From: Octopus vulgaris
Lineage: Eukaryota
Length of the DNA: 64,000 nucleotides
Direction of reading: 5' to 3'
Assembly (NCBI GenBank): GCA_951406725.2
Contig: OX597826.1
Location: 19,158,001-19,222,000, forward strand
This document shows, piece after piece, positions 40,930-53,154 of the stretch; position 1 is the stretch's first letter; every line of letters starts with the position of its first letter. The notes below the pieces were generated by a model. The model was not told the DNA's origin, ran no database searches, and saw only the letters and a list, made by a program, of their open reading frames with translations. The translations under genes were made by a program, and so were the position numbers.

Positions 40930-41159
40930 AATATATATATTTCCATTTTGGTTTTAAATTGCATCAAGCCACCTTAATTATTTTATATATATGATGATTG
41001 CATCATTTTGACAGATGATAGCCGTCCCATCAACTTACACACCACACCCATTACACAGCAAACCCCTCCATTGATGAGCCCTCAGATGACTTTTAAATCA
41101 AGCGACTGACTGACCGGGTTTAAAACACAGGTGACAGATATTGTTCAAGTTTCTTCTAC

Positions 41160-41552
41160 ATCCTTGCACTTTGGAATCTGATTCCGAATGAATCAGATTC
41201 TTCCCCCCCCGCCCAGCCGTTGCAACCAATCTTAACAGCACCTCTCCACTTGTTCCAATTCAGAGCATCAGTTTCCCCAATCACTTTTGTTCATATCTGG
41301 TTTTTTCAGGCTTTCCTTCACACATTTATTATACCTTTTCCTCGGCTCGCGTTGTGGTCACTTACCAGAGTTGAGCTCACCATAAAAAAGATGCTTTGGC
41401 AATCGCTCATCTTTCATTCTAATAACATGTCCACCCCATCTCATTTGAGCCAAGATGACATGTTGTTCAATTAAGTTACAACGTACCATGCGCAAAATTT
41501 CTGTATCTGATACGAAACAGTCCCACTTGACTCCCAAAATACGTCTGAGGTA
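41160..41552 (-). mobile_element. RTE-clade LINE 3' fragment
   Basis: LRRILGVKW...MRWGGHVIRMKDERLPKHLFYGEL. Confidence 0.85.
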
Positions 41553-41587
41553 CATTTGTGTGTGTGTGTGTATATATATATATATAC

Positions 41588-41669
<82 letters not shown>

Positions 41670-41699
41670 ATCTATCTATCTATATAAATATATATATAT

Positions 41700-42403
41700 A
41701 TCAAGGGAGCTAGGGCAAAAACGACCTGTCTCCACCATGCTTGAAGTGCCGATACCTTCAAAAGACTACAAAAGATTTATAGCATGCTGACTACTTGATA
41801 AAAATCATTAACGTGATTTTTATCCTTATATTCTTTTATGAATTAATAAACAATTTTTAAAAAATAATTTAATTATTTTTACTCCTGAACGGAATAGCAT
41901 CTACTGCTTTACTATTTTTATACTATACACATTGGCTGTCGTGAGGGGATTTAAAATTGAATTTTTTGGGGGGATATATAGGTGCAAATATTTGTATGTA
42001 GACGTGTGAACTTTCTTTGGACGGTATGTGCGGTTATTTGGACTTATATTTACCCCCCGTGTATTGTGTTGAGGAAGGAAGTTGGCTTATTTTTTGCTTT
42101 AATCCAGAAACTGGAACCAATTCACAATTAACGTGAGGATTTTAAAAAATTTCTCTCACTAGCCTGCTTTTAGCCATGTGTATATTTAGCTGGAGTTTTT
42201 GGTAGTTTTTTTTTTAGGGTATCGACACTTCAAGCATGCCGGAGATAAGTTGTTTTCACCTCAGCTCCTTTGATATAATTATATAATATGTACATTGTTA
42301 TTAATTTAATATATTAATTGCCTACAAATTTTTATAGCATACTGGCTACTTGATAAAAATCATTAACGTGATTTTTATCCATATATTCTTTTATGAATTA
42401 ATA
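41700..42403. mobile_element. Unclassified element with inverted and direct repeat blocks
   Basis: Inverted ~41700-41757 / ~42219-42276; direct ~41777-41848 / ~42332-42403. Confidence 0.6.
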
Positions 42404-42405
42404 TA

Positions 42406-43270
42406 TAGAGGTTAGACAAAATAATGGAAACACCTTAAAATTTCAAACAAATTTATTTTAATATGGGTAGGACCGCTGTTGGCAGTAATTACAGCTTGAA
42501 TTCTACATGGTATGGACTCGTACAAAGTTTGAATTGTTTCTAAAGGAATTTTTGTCCATTCTCCAGCTAAAACAGTCTCCAGTTCTTGTAGTGATGATAG
42601 TGGAACATATCGACTCCTTACTTTTCTAAAATGCGCCATAAATGTTCAATAATATTGAGATCTCGGGACTGTGGTGATCAGATAAGATGTTCAGCTTCAC
42701 TAGAATGTTCCTCATGCCATTTAGTAACAAATTTAGTTGTGTGAATTGGAGCATTATCATCCTGAAAGATTGCGTTTCCCTCCGGAAACAGTTCCGCAAC
42801 CATAGGATGAATTTGATCAGATAAAATGCTTAAATAGTCTTGACTATTAATTCTGCCATGAAGGGAAACCATTGGGCCGGCGGATTTCCAAGATATAACT
42901 CCCCATATCATCACAGATCCTCCTCCATATTTATCAGTTGGAAGAAGTCAGTCTGGGTCAAATGCTTCTTTTGGCTGTCTCCACACGTATACTCGGCCGG
43001 TGGTCGGAAATAAGGTAAAGGATGACTCGTCCGAGAAAATAACATTCTTGCACTGCTCTATAGACCAATTCTGTAGGCTTTTACTCCACTCTAAACGCTT
43101 AGCAACGTTTTTGAAAGTAGTGGTTTTCTGATTGCAGCCCTCCCATGAAGTCCGGCTTTGTGCAGGTCTCGGCAAACAGTTTTTGTGGAAACTGTGTTTG
43201 CGAGGTGGTCGTTAAGGTCTGCAGTTATTTTGGGAGCTGTGCTTTTGTGATCCTTTCAAACAATTCGCAT
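42406..43270 (-). mobile_element. Tc1-type transposon, 5'-truncated pseudogene
   Basis: VIFSDESSF, MIWGVIS, IFQDDNAPIH and DLNIIEHLW motifs; one TIR (gacaaaataatggaaacacc). Confidence 0.9.
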
Positions 43271-43637
43271 ATGATTATTTACCCTATGTATTTAGACTCT
43301 GTCCTTTGATTTAAGGTTTTCATCGATTTTATAATAAGGTGATTTTATAATGAATTTTGTTAGTTGAAAGGACCAATGAATCGAAACCATTTTCAAATGT
43401 GTATCCTTTAAACTAATTTTATGTTTGCTTATAAACTTCTTTCTGTTCCATTCTAAACAAAACTGTCCGACGAACGGGAACGTGAAACTTTGAGTAACAG
43501 TTTTTGTGATATTTCTGCTGCTTTTCAATAAAGTACACACACACACACACAACGGACTTCTTTTCAGTTTCGATCTATTTCTTTCTCGTACCTCTTTCTC
43601 TCAACACATACATACATACATACATATATATATATAT

Positions 43638-43829
43638 AAAGTTAATCCAAACAAGAAAGCACAAAAAAACACAACAACGCGAGGACGTGGAACAAATATA
43701 GTATTATTGGACGCTCAGGAAAGAAGGAAAGAAGGAGGGTTTAACGTTTCGAGCGGAGCTCTTCGTCGGAAACATAGGAGAAGGAAAGATCCAGAGAAGG
43801 GAAGACAAAGTAAAAAAAATCGCCAACGG

Positions 43830-43830
<1 letters not shown>
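43638..43830 (-). mobile_element. Short PLE-like fragment with hammerhead, inserted in (TA)n
   Basis: (TA)n on both sides; hammerhead at 43739-43773. Confidence 0.7.
43739..43773 (-). ncRNA. Minimal hammerhead motif (core variant CCGACGA)
   Basis: gttt-CCGACGA-a-gagc tcc gctc-GAAAC-GT-T-aaac. Confidence 0.7.
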
Positions 43831-43863
<33 letters not shown>

Positions 43864-43899
43864 TTTATTTAAAAGCAGCAGAAATATATATACTCTGGT

Positions 43900-44457
43900 A
43901 TATAGACGCTAAATCGTCTCACTACTCCAAGAAGTCACAAACACACGTGTTGAATTCGATGCAACAAGTTAACGGAAATCTTTACTAAAATAGATAGTTC
44001 TTTATTAGCCAAATTTCTGGGTTTGCCCAAAGGTTTTCCTGGCTTCAACAGAACATACTAATAGAAATAAAAGAAATATTTATATATACTCACAGGAAAG
44101 CAAAACGCAAAGCCACGTATACACATAAATACCCCAAACATCTCCGAAACAAATTTCGTAACCTGCCTTAACAAGATGCGTATTCGGTCGGCACAGCAGG
44201 GTCGCTATGCCGTACCGAAGCGAATAAATTTTCCAATTACAATAATAGAGGATAATACTTTTCTTAAAAAATTTTTTTATCAGTGGCCAGTATATAAAAT
44301 GTTACCAATTACGGTGAAAATTATATGTATGAAAAGGGCATAGAAAATTTTTCTAGCCTATATGCTGAGAAATAGACGCTAAATCGTCTCACCACTCATA
44401 TATATATATATATATATATACACGTGTGTTTGTGACTTCTTTGAGTGGTGAGACGAT
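43900..44457 (-). mobile_element. ~470-bp element with direct plus inverted terminal copies (pLTR-like)
   Basis: atagacgctaaatcgtctcacyactc at ~43902 and ~44373; inverted copy of ~43913-43949 at ~44421-44457. Confidence 0.65.
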
Positions 44458-44469
44458 ATGTATATATGA

Positions 44470-44677
44470 AGGCGGCGAGCTGGCAGAAACGTTAGCACGC
44501 CGGGCGAAATGCTTAGCGGTCTGTCTTTAAGTTTTGAGTTCAAATTCCGCCGAGGTCGACTTTGTCTTTCATCCTTTCGGGGTCGATAAATTAAATACCA
44601 GTTGCGTACTGGGGGTCGATCTAATCGATTTCCACCTCCTCCAAAATTTCGGGCCTTGTGCCTAGAGTAGAAAAACG
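44470..44677 (+). mobile_element. Nin/Deu-type SINE
   Basis: ggcggcgagctggcagaaacgttagc head; ctttcatcctttcggggtcgataaa domain. Confidence 0.88.
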
Positions 44678-45447
44678 ATATGTATGTATGTGTGTGTGCG
44701 CTCGCGCGCGTGATGAAAAAGAGAGACGAGGCGGGTGATAGAGTTCCGATCTGGAGTTTTATTATGTTTCCTCAGCTGACACTCATGAGCCTGAGTTCAA
44801 TATCACAGCTTAATAATCCATTAAGTTGTGCGACAGCCGGTAATAACTTTCCCTTCGAGTATATCTAAAGGAAATCGGTCAGAGGAGATATGGAAGGCGC
44901 CACTGGTTTTATTTGTGTGCTTATTTATATGTTTAGAGTTATGTCACCTTTTTGTTTGCTCCTTACTCGATAAATCTGTCTGTCAAATAGTGAAATACCT
45001 CGCCCAAACCCCTTCTTTCTCTTCAGTAGGTTACATCGGAAATCTCTTCATTGCCCGCAACATTTGCAAAAAGTAAGTTGCTGCTCCTGGTGGTGGTATT
45101 TTTGTTCTGACATTTAAACTGGGTTTTCTCTTGTCAAATGTTAACTCTTTGTATTTATAACTCTGCCCCGTTCAATTGCAAAACCTGTGAACGAGTATTG
45201 AATAAATAAATCTTCCTTCGCCTAACAAAGAGGTCGATATATCGAGACAGAGTGTGTGTGTGTGCGTGTGCGTGTGCGCACATGTTGCACGTACAGTTAA
45301 AATGTCTTTATGACCAACATGAAAGGGTGGAAGCTTAAGCTTTGTTAAAGTGAAAAGAAATTCAAGTAAACCTGCAAGAAAATGCCTCATTAGTGGTTGT
45401 CTATGAAACATAACGTCCCACCAGACAACAAATCAATAATGATAACA

Positions 45448-45502
<55 letters not shown>

Positions 45503-45503
<1 letters not shown>

Positions 45504-45713
45504 CCTTTCTACTATAGGCATAAGGGCTGAAATTTGGAGTGGGCTTAAGTCGATTACATTAATACCAGTGCTCAACTGGTACTTATTTTATCGACTCCGA
45601 AAAGAAAGGATGGAAGGCAAAGTCGACCTCGGTGGAATTTGAATTGAGAACGTAAAGACGGACGAAACGTCGCTAAGTATTTTGCCTTGTGTGCTAACGA
45701 TTCTGCCAACTCA
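45503..45713 (-). mobile_element. Nin/Deu-type SINE with (TTA)n tail
   Basis: Reverse copy of the same family, adjoining (AAT)n at ~45448-45502. Confidence 0.8.
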
Positions 45714-45819
45714 CGGATAAGTGAATGTTTGAGTATAATCAATAGAGTAGACAGCATAATAGACTTAATTAGCTTTAGCATGAAGAAATGCAAAATAGAT
45801 CTCTTGTCAAGTGACACAG

Positions 45820-47224
45820 TCTAAGGGAAACTTAATATTCAAGGGATGCATTTTCCAAGTGGACTCGTTATCCTCTTTAATGTCTGTCATATAATTGATC
45901 GTCCTCAGTTTAGTATAAAGGAAGGCAAAGGCAGAGTATTGGTTCAGAAATAGTGAGGGAAAAATTAACCATTCAAACTGAAAGGGTATTTACTACAGAA
46001 ATGAAATGAAAATTGAGGAGTACATCAGAAGAGTGAGGAAGCCAATGAAGTCAAAGCTAATTTGGTCCGAATCTAGTGAAGGCTGTAAATACTTGGACAG
46101 TATCATTACTTAGACACTCAGCAGCTTTTGTAGATTGAACAAAAACTGAACTAGCAAAGCTAGACAGAACTAGGAAGGAATTAAATATGAATGGAGGACT
46201 TCACCCCGGGACAGGAGTAGCAAGATTATACTTACCTAGAAAGGAAGGCGGAAGAGGGTTAATATCAGTAGAAGACTGCGTGGAGTTAGCTAAAGTCTAT
46301 ATAGACTCCTATATAGGTAATAATAAAGTTTATTAAAAGCTGCTACATTCACAGCAAAACATAGGGAAACCAAAAAGCCAGGTTATCTGACTGTCAGGAA
46401 AAGGCTTTGCATGGTAGATTTCCAAAGATAGTTGCAGCAAATAGTGGTAGTGAGACATGGTTATGGTTGCAGAAAGGAAGGCTGAAAAGGGGGATAGAAA
46501 GTTGTTAGTAGCAGCACAAGATCAAGCATGAAGGACAAATTGGACAAAAACCAAGATAAACAAAAACAAAACATGTAGATTCTCAATGTAGATTATGCAA
46601 ATCAAAAGAGGAAAGTGTTACTCACATAGTAAGTGAATGTAGCAGGCTGACACAGAAAGAATACAAGAAAAGACATGACAATCTAGGAAAAGTAATCCAC
46701 TGGGAGCTTAACTTTGTAGAAAACTAGGATTTGAACATACTGATAAATGGTTTGGAGAGGAACCTAGTAAAGTACTAGAAAGTAAGAAATATAAGATGTT
46801 GAGGGAGACTTTAACACTCAAACTGACAGAGTAATAGAAGCTAGAAGGCCTGATCTAGTAGCAGTAGATAAAGAGAATAGAAAGTTCCAGATAATTGACT
46901 TTACAGCCCAAAATAATGAAAACATTAATGTGAGAAGTATCGAAAAATAGCAAAGTACCAGGACTTAGCCATTGAATTACAGAGACTAATGGAAAGTGCG
47001 AGTAAAATGTATCCCAGTAGTTGCATTAGGGACTATCCCTACAGATTTGAACGGATGGATAGAGAAAATGGGCGTAAAACACCGTTTAGTACAGCTCCAG
47101 AAAACAGTGTTATTCGGGACAGCTAGGATACTTAGAAGGGTTCTTGGCATCTAAGGTTACTTGTTGTAACCCGATGCTAGGATGTTTTTCTCTTCCAACA
47201 GTCTATTCTGCTGAGTGTATATGA
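45820..47224 (+). mobile_element. R4/Dong-clade LINE, 3' part (pseudogene)
   Basis: RLYLPRKEGGRGL, CRLCKSKEESVTHIVSEC (CCHC), KRHDN, EARRPDLV, KYQDLAIEL, GTARILRRVL; ends at (TAA)n. Confidence 0.9.
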
Positions 47225-47225
47225 A

Positions 47226-47284
<59 letters not shown>

Positions 47285-47308
47285 TAATAATAGTAATAAT
47301 AATTATAG

Positions 47309-47391
<83 letters not shown>

Positions 47392-47393
<2 letters not shown>

Positions 47394-48839
47394 CCGATTA
47401 TACCTCCCAAAAATCAAAATAGACAAAAAAACTACATCAATAATAAATAGCATAAACCTGGCCGTCACGGAACTAATAACCACAGAAAAAATGGCAATAT
47501 CACTGAGCTAAATGACATAATATATGCAGCAGCCACTGCAGCCACAAAAGAAGCTGGATGCTCCCTCAAACCCATCCAAACAGGAGTACCACCACCCAAA
47601 CAAACCCTAGGGGTAAATACTATCAAAAAAAAAAAAAAAAGAGAAAAGATCTGACGATTCTTAACGAAATTAGTAGACAATCAACACTACTAAGTAACAA
47701 GAAGAAAACAAAAATACTGTGCAAATACAACATTACAGAAACAGATTTACCTGAAGTAAAAGAAAAGCGAAAGCGAGATATCCTTGCCAAAGCACTACTA
47801 CAGACAATACATGGATTTACCAAAGAAACAGATATGAAATTTGGCTTAGAAAAATGTGCCAAAGCAACACCGAAAAGAGGAAAACTAGTTAAGAGTAGCA
47901 ACATCACTCTAGATAAAGCCAATGAAATAAGAGAATTAGACTAAAGCCAGATATACAAATATTTTGGAATCCATGAACTAGATAAGACACAACACACACA
48001 AATGAAAGAGAAAATATAGAAAGAATACTATAGACGATTTAGATCAATACTAAAAACAGAGCTCACTGTTAAAAACAAGATAATAGGTATTAACACTTTA
48101 GTCGTGCCAGTTATAAGTTACAGCAACAATATCTTTAACTGGACATTAAATGAACTAACCAAAATAGACAGGAAAACAAGAAAAATAATGACAGGATCTA
48201 GGATGCACCACTCAAAATCTGGCATAGAAGGTGGTAGAGGCCTTATACAGCTGGAGACTATTATAAAATAACCACCATAGGAGTGCAAACATACCTACTT
48301 CAGAATCAAGGAAAGCTAATACAAATAGCATGAAAACACGAGCAAAACAAAAAACTGTTTTCAGTATTTAAGGAAGCTGACAAATACAAACAAAAAATCA
48401 CAATACCTAACAAATATGAAGAAGAAACAATAAAAGCTATAAAACAAATGAAATCCAAACTAAAATTAGAACAGCAACGGTCCATGATAAAACGATGGCA
48501 AGAAAAGCCCCTTCATGGCAAAAACTAGGCTAAACTAAATGCAAAAGAAATAGATAGAGAAAAATGCAAAAGAAATAGACAGAAAAATCCCAGCAATGGT
48601 TGAGAAGCTCAGGACTCAGAGCAGAGACTGAAGGATTTTTAATTGCAGCACAAAAACACCAGGACTTACAAACACATATAACATGCAGAAAATTGCACTC
48701 CTAGGCACTGCACACATTCTACGCAGAACACTTTCCATACAATAACCATCAGAGCATCACAACAAATCACAGCACATACCTAAAGCACACAGAACTGCGC
48801 TCGGTAGTGAAGTGAAAGCACGCTATAAAAATAAAACTA

Positions 48840-48842
<3 letters not shown>
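47392..48842 (+). mobile_element. Second R4/Dong-clade LINE, internally deleted
   Basis: MKFGLEKCAK, EGGRGL, KPLHGK, WLRSSGLRAETEGFLIAAQ, ALLGTAHILRRTL; (AAT)n on both sides. Confidence 0.88.
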
Positions 48843-48877
<35 letters not shown>

Positions 48878-48879
<2 letters not shown>

Positions 48880-49218
48880 GCCCTGATGCAGTACCAGGCA
48901 GAGGCTCTCGTGGCTTCTCATCTTAACTGATTGGAAATGTTATGTACATTGTTTTGTCTTGGTATAAAAGATGGGCTACAGCAAATATTCTGCTCAATAC
49001 CTTTTGAGCAGGATGGGCTATTCGACCTGGGCCTCACCTGCAAGGTCATGTGCTGTTTATCTTGATATGAAATCATGTCGCGCACATATGGTTGTTATGC
49101 ATGTGCCTGGTGCACCCTTACCAGACGGGTAGTCATGGTGGGTATACTGGGCTTCGTATATTTTACCCCAGTATCACTCTGATGGCATGCACTGCTCTCT
49201 CACTCAATAATGATGATG

Positions 49219-49308
<90 letters not shown>

Positions 49309-49856
49309 TGCAGTACCAGACAGTGGCTCTCATGGCTTCTGATCTTAACTGATTGGAAGTGTTATCATGTACATTGTTTTGTCTTGGTATAAAAGATGGG
49401 CTACAGTAAAATATTCTGCTCAACACCACAGATTTGCTTGTCAGTTGTTTGACCTTAACCCGTTGAGCATGTCCCTTACTGGCTGACGATATGTGCATCT
49501 CTGATCACGAGCAGAAGTAGTGGGGGAGCATCATAGCCATGTGTTGAGAGGGATTCTTTGGGGTTTGAATAATTCACCTTTGGAAACAGGGGTGTTTCGT
49601 TCAACATCCTTAAACAACCCTTATTCAGGGACCTTTTGAGCGGGATGGGCTACTCGACCAGAACAAAATTCTAACTTGGCCCCACCTGCAAGGTCATGTG
49701 CTGTTTATCTTGATATGAGATCACCATGTCACGCACATATGGTTGAGATGCATGTGCCTAGTGTACCCTTATCAGACGGGTAGTCATGATGGGTATACTG
49801 GGCTTCGTATATTTTACCCCAGTGTCACTTTGATGGCATGCACTGCTCTTTCACTC
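48878..49856. mobile_element. Two tandem copies of a ~550-bp repeat inserted in (AAT)n
   Basis: 48878-49205 (internally deleted) and 49308-49856 share atgcagtaccag... and ...gcatgcactgctctytcactc ends, each followed by (AAT)n. Confidence 0.8.
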
Positions 49857-49907
<51 letters not shown>

Positions 49908-51110
49908 CGAAAATAATCAATAACATATATAGCATACAAAATGTGAAATATTCAGTTATGGACGCTTCTCTCTCCTTTTTTCTCTCTCTCTCTTTTCCTC
50001 TCTCCCCCTTTTCTCTCTCCCTCTATTCTTTCTCCCTCTTTTTCTCTAATCACGTGAAAGCGTTACCGACAGGCTAAGTTACGCAATGACAAGCAGAATT
50101 ATTATAAGATTAACGTTTAAATGTTATGAACAGCAATTAATTCTGCACATTTACTCCCGGTGCATCGTCCCCTAGTCTTATCTCGGAGACGATCTACACA
50201 TTACTTTATTTCCCGTTCAAATCAAATCGTAAACTATTTCAATTGGGAGTGCTATAGATTAAGATACACAACTTGCAATTATCACATTAAAATTTACAAG
50301 CCGGTGTTAGATATTAAACTATATGATATGAAAGTATAGAAATTAAGTCGCAGACTGAGATATACGAAATGTTGGTGTCAGAGAATGAGTCATGTGGTGC
50401 AGGCGTAGGTAAGTTTAGTAGAAGACGTAGAGGTATGAGGTAGAGGTGTGACGGATTAAAACACACATCAGGTTAGTGTATCACTGATTCGAATTTAATA
50501 CAAGCAGATGTTAAACTTTTATTTCGCTTGGGGGTGCCCTACATTAAATAATGTAACTTGAGGGCAACACACAATTAAACCGAATCATTTAATTTAGGAG
50601 TTTTATTGAAAGAAGGGTTTATATATTATAAACACAGTCAAACAACCACACACACAATTCTAAATTCATGCTCAACCCCTCGCCTATACCCAACACTCTG
50701 TATCTTTTTTCCCATGCATTTGATATTTTCTCTTCCTCGTTGGATCCTATGTGTAGGGTGTATTATGTTAATGAGTATATTATGCCCCTAATCCTCTCAT
50801 TATTTCAAAGGCGAGAAAGAAACGAAGAATGAAAGGTAGAAAGGAAAGAAAGAATTCATGAAAGAAAGGACCAGAACACGTGCTCTGTTCATCATCTGCA
50901 TGGAGGTGGAGGGGAGGGAAAGATGAAGGGTAGTGGCGATTGAGAGGATAGCAAGTTCGGCATGGAAGCCGGGTGCCCGGTGGACCTGTTTGCTTGTGAC
51001 AATGTAGGGTTGGTGGTTACTGGATATTTTCGTGCATATAGAGAGTGTGGCGTACATGTATGTTTCTGAATTTGTATAAATGATTTTGCGTACAGCATTT
51101 AGTGAGCGTA

Positions 51111-51173
<63 letters not shown>

Positions 51174-51269
51174 ATACAAACATGAGTGCATTTCAGTTTG
51201 TATGTATATATAATTAATAGAAATTAAAACATACCTACACGCACGCACGTGCACGCACACAAACATAAA

Positions 51270-51469
51270 TTCTTTTTTTCTTTTATTCGTTTCAGTTATT
51301 TGACTGCGGTCATGCTGGAGCGCCGCCTTTAGTCGAACAAATCGACCCAAGGACTTATCCTTTGTAAGCCTAGTAATTATTCTATGAGTCTCTTTTGCTG
51401 AACCGCTAAGTTACAGGGACGTAAACACACCAGCATCGGTTGTCAAGCGATGTTGGAGTGACAAACACA

Positions 51470-51542
<73 letters not shown>

Positions 51543-51584
51543 TAATATTTCTAAGTCTCTGAAGGAGACTACGGTAGTGGTACT

Positions 51585-51624
<40 letters not shown>

Positions 51625-51874
51625 TCATATATCTATCTATATATATATACACACACATATGTATATATATATATATATACATATGTATATATATATACAT
51701 ATGTATGTAAATATATATACATATATATATACATATATATGTATATACATATATACATATACATATATATATACATATATATATACATATACATATATAT
51801 ACATATACATATATATATACATATATATATATACACATATATATATATACATATATATACATATATATATATAC

Positions 51875-51925
<51 letters not shown>

Positions 51926-52015
51926 CATATATACATAAATATATATATACATATATATACATATACATATATACATACATATATACATATATACATATAT
52001 ATACATATATATACA

Positions 52016-52050
<35 letters not shown>

Positions 52051-52344
52051 GTATATATATACACACACATATATATATATATATACATATAATAATACTA
52101 TTAGGGAGTATAACTCCAAACTTACAGGGAAAAATTCAATTTAGTATTAAATCAAATTTCGCAGTATAAATATATATATAATATGAATTAGAGATAAAAC
52201 CACTATTATGCAAACATTGATAGACATAAACCAATACATATATAACAAATAATATATATATGTATTATATATATTCAGTGGGGCTGGACCCGGAACCATG
52301 AGGCTGGTAAGCAAGCTACTTACCACACAGCCACTCCTGCGCCT
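51270..52344 (-). mobile_element. CORE-type SINE split by an ~800-bp expanded microsatellite
   Basis: Tail and body at 51270-51480, head at 52276-52344, same orientation, with a (CA)/(TA)/(TACA) array between. Confidence 0.65.
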
Positions 52345-53154
52345 ATATGTTTGTTTTTGTGCTGTTTTATTATTTTTTTTGAGAGAGTACAAACTATCTC
52401 AGAACAATTACAATAATACGTAAAATAAATAACATGAATCCCAACATCAAAACTAATCGCCATGTGCTTCTTTTACTCATTTTTTAGTAATACAGGATGA
52501 TCTTATTAAGGATTATCAGAATCCATCTTTGTATTCTTCTTTGTTTTGTTTTTTGTCTTTTTTTTCTGATAATTATAATGATGGGAATGATGATGATGAG
52601 AAGGAAGAAAAGGAGGAAGATTGTGGAAAGCCCTTGAGGCCAGTTGTATGATCAAACGGTTGGATGGAAATAAAAACGAAACAAAAACTGAGACTAAAAA
52701 TATTTTTTAATATTTAACACAAGGGGAACGAAACAATAGGGAATCACATGCTACAATACACAGCATTCCCAGTCATTCTTTCAACTTTATTACTCTCTCA
52801 GTGATTATATTTTCTAAACGACTTCAGACTCATTTGGCGCCAATTTGTAACGTTTTATATACATTTTCCTTGTAGCAAATCAAACGAAAACATTACTCCA
52901 GTTGGTGTGATCATATGGTAAAACTTTGAAGCTAAGCCTGTACAAGGAGTAGGGATTGACTTAGTGTTTGACCCGCTTTCTCCCTTCCGTGACAAATAGA
53001 TTTTAATGATCACATGAGGAAAGTGGGCGGCAATGAAATTAACAACAACACCAGAAGCAGTACCAGCTCGAGATAAAACTCAATAGATATACTTACGCTT
53101 ACGAGAGGAGAGACAGAGAATGAGAGAAAGAAAGAGAGAGCGGCAGGAAAATAG

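Noticed and set aside
44139-44232. HDV-like or twister ribozyme (GCGAA after a long stem)
   Set aside because: I could not build P3/P1.1 for HDV or find the twister core; kept only as an unassigned structure.
47225-49906. CRISPR-like repeat-spacer array
   Set aside because: The repeats are trinucleotide microsatellites and the 'spacers' are retroelement pieces in eukaryotic DNA.
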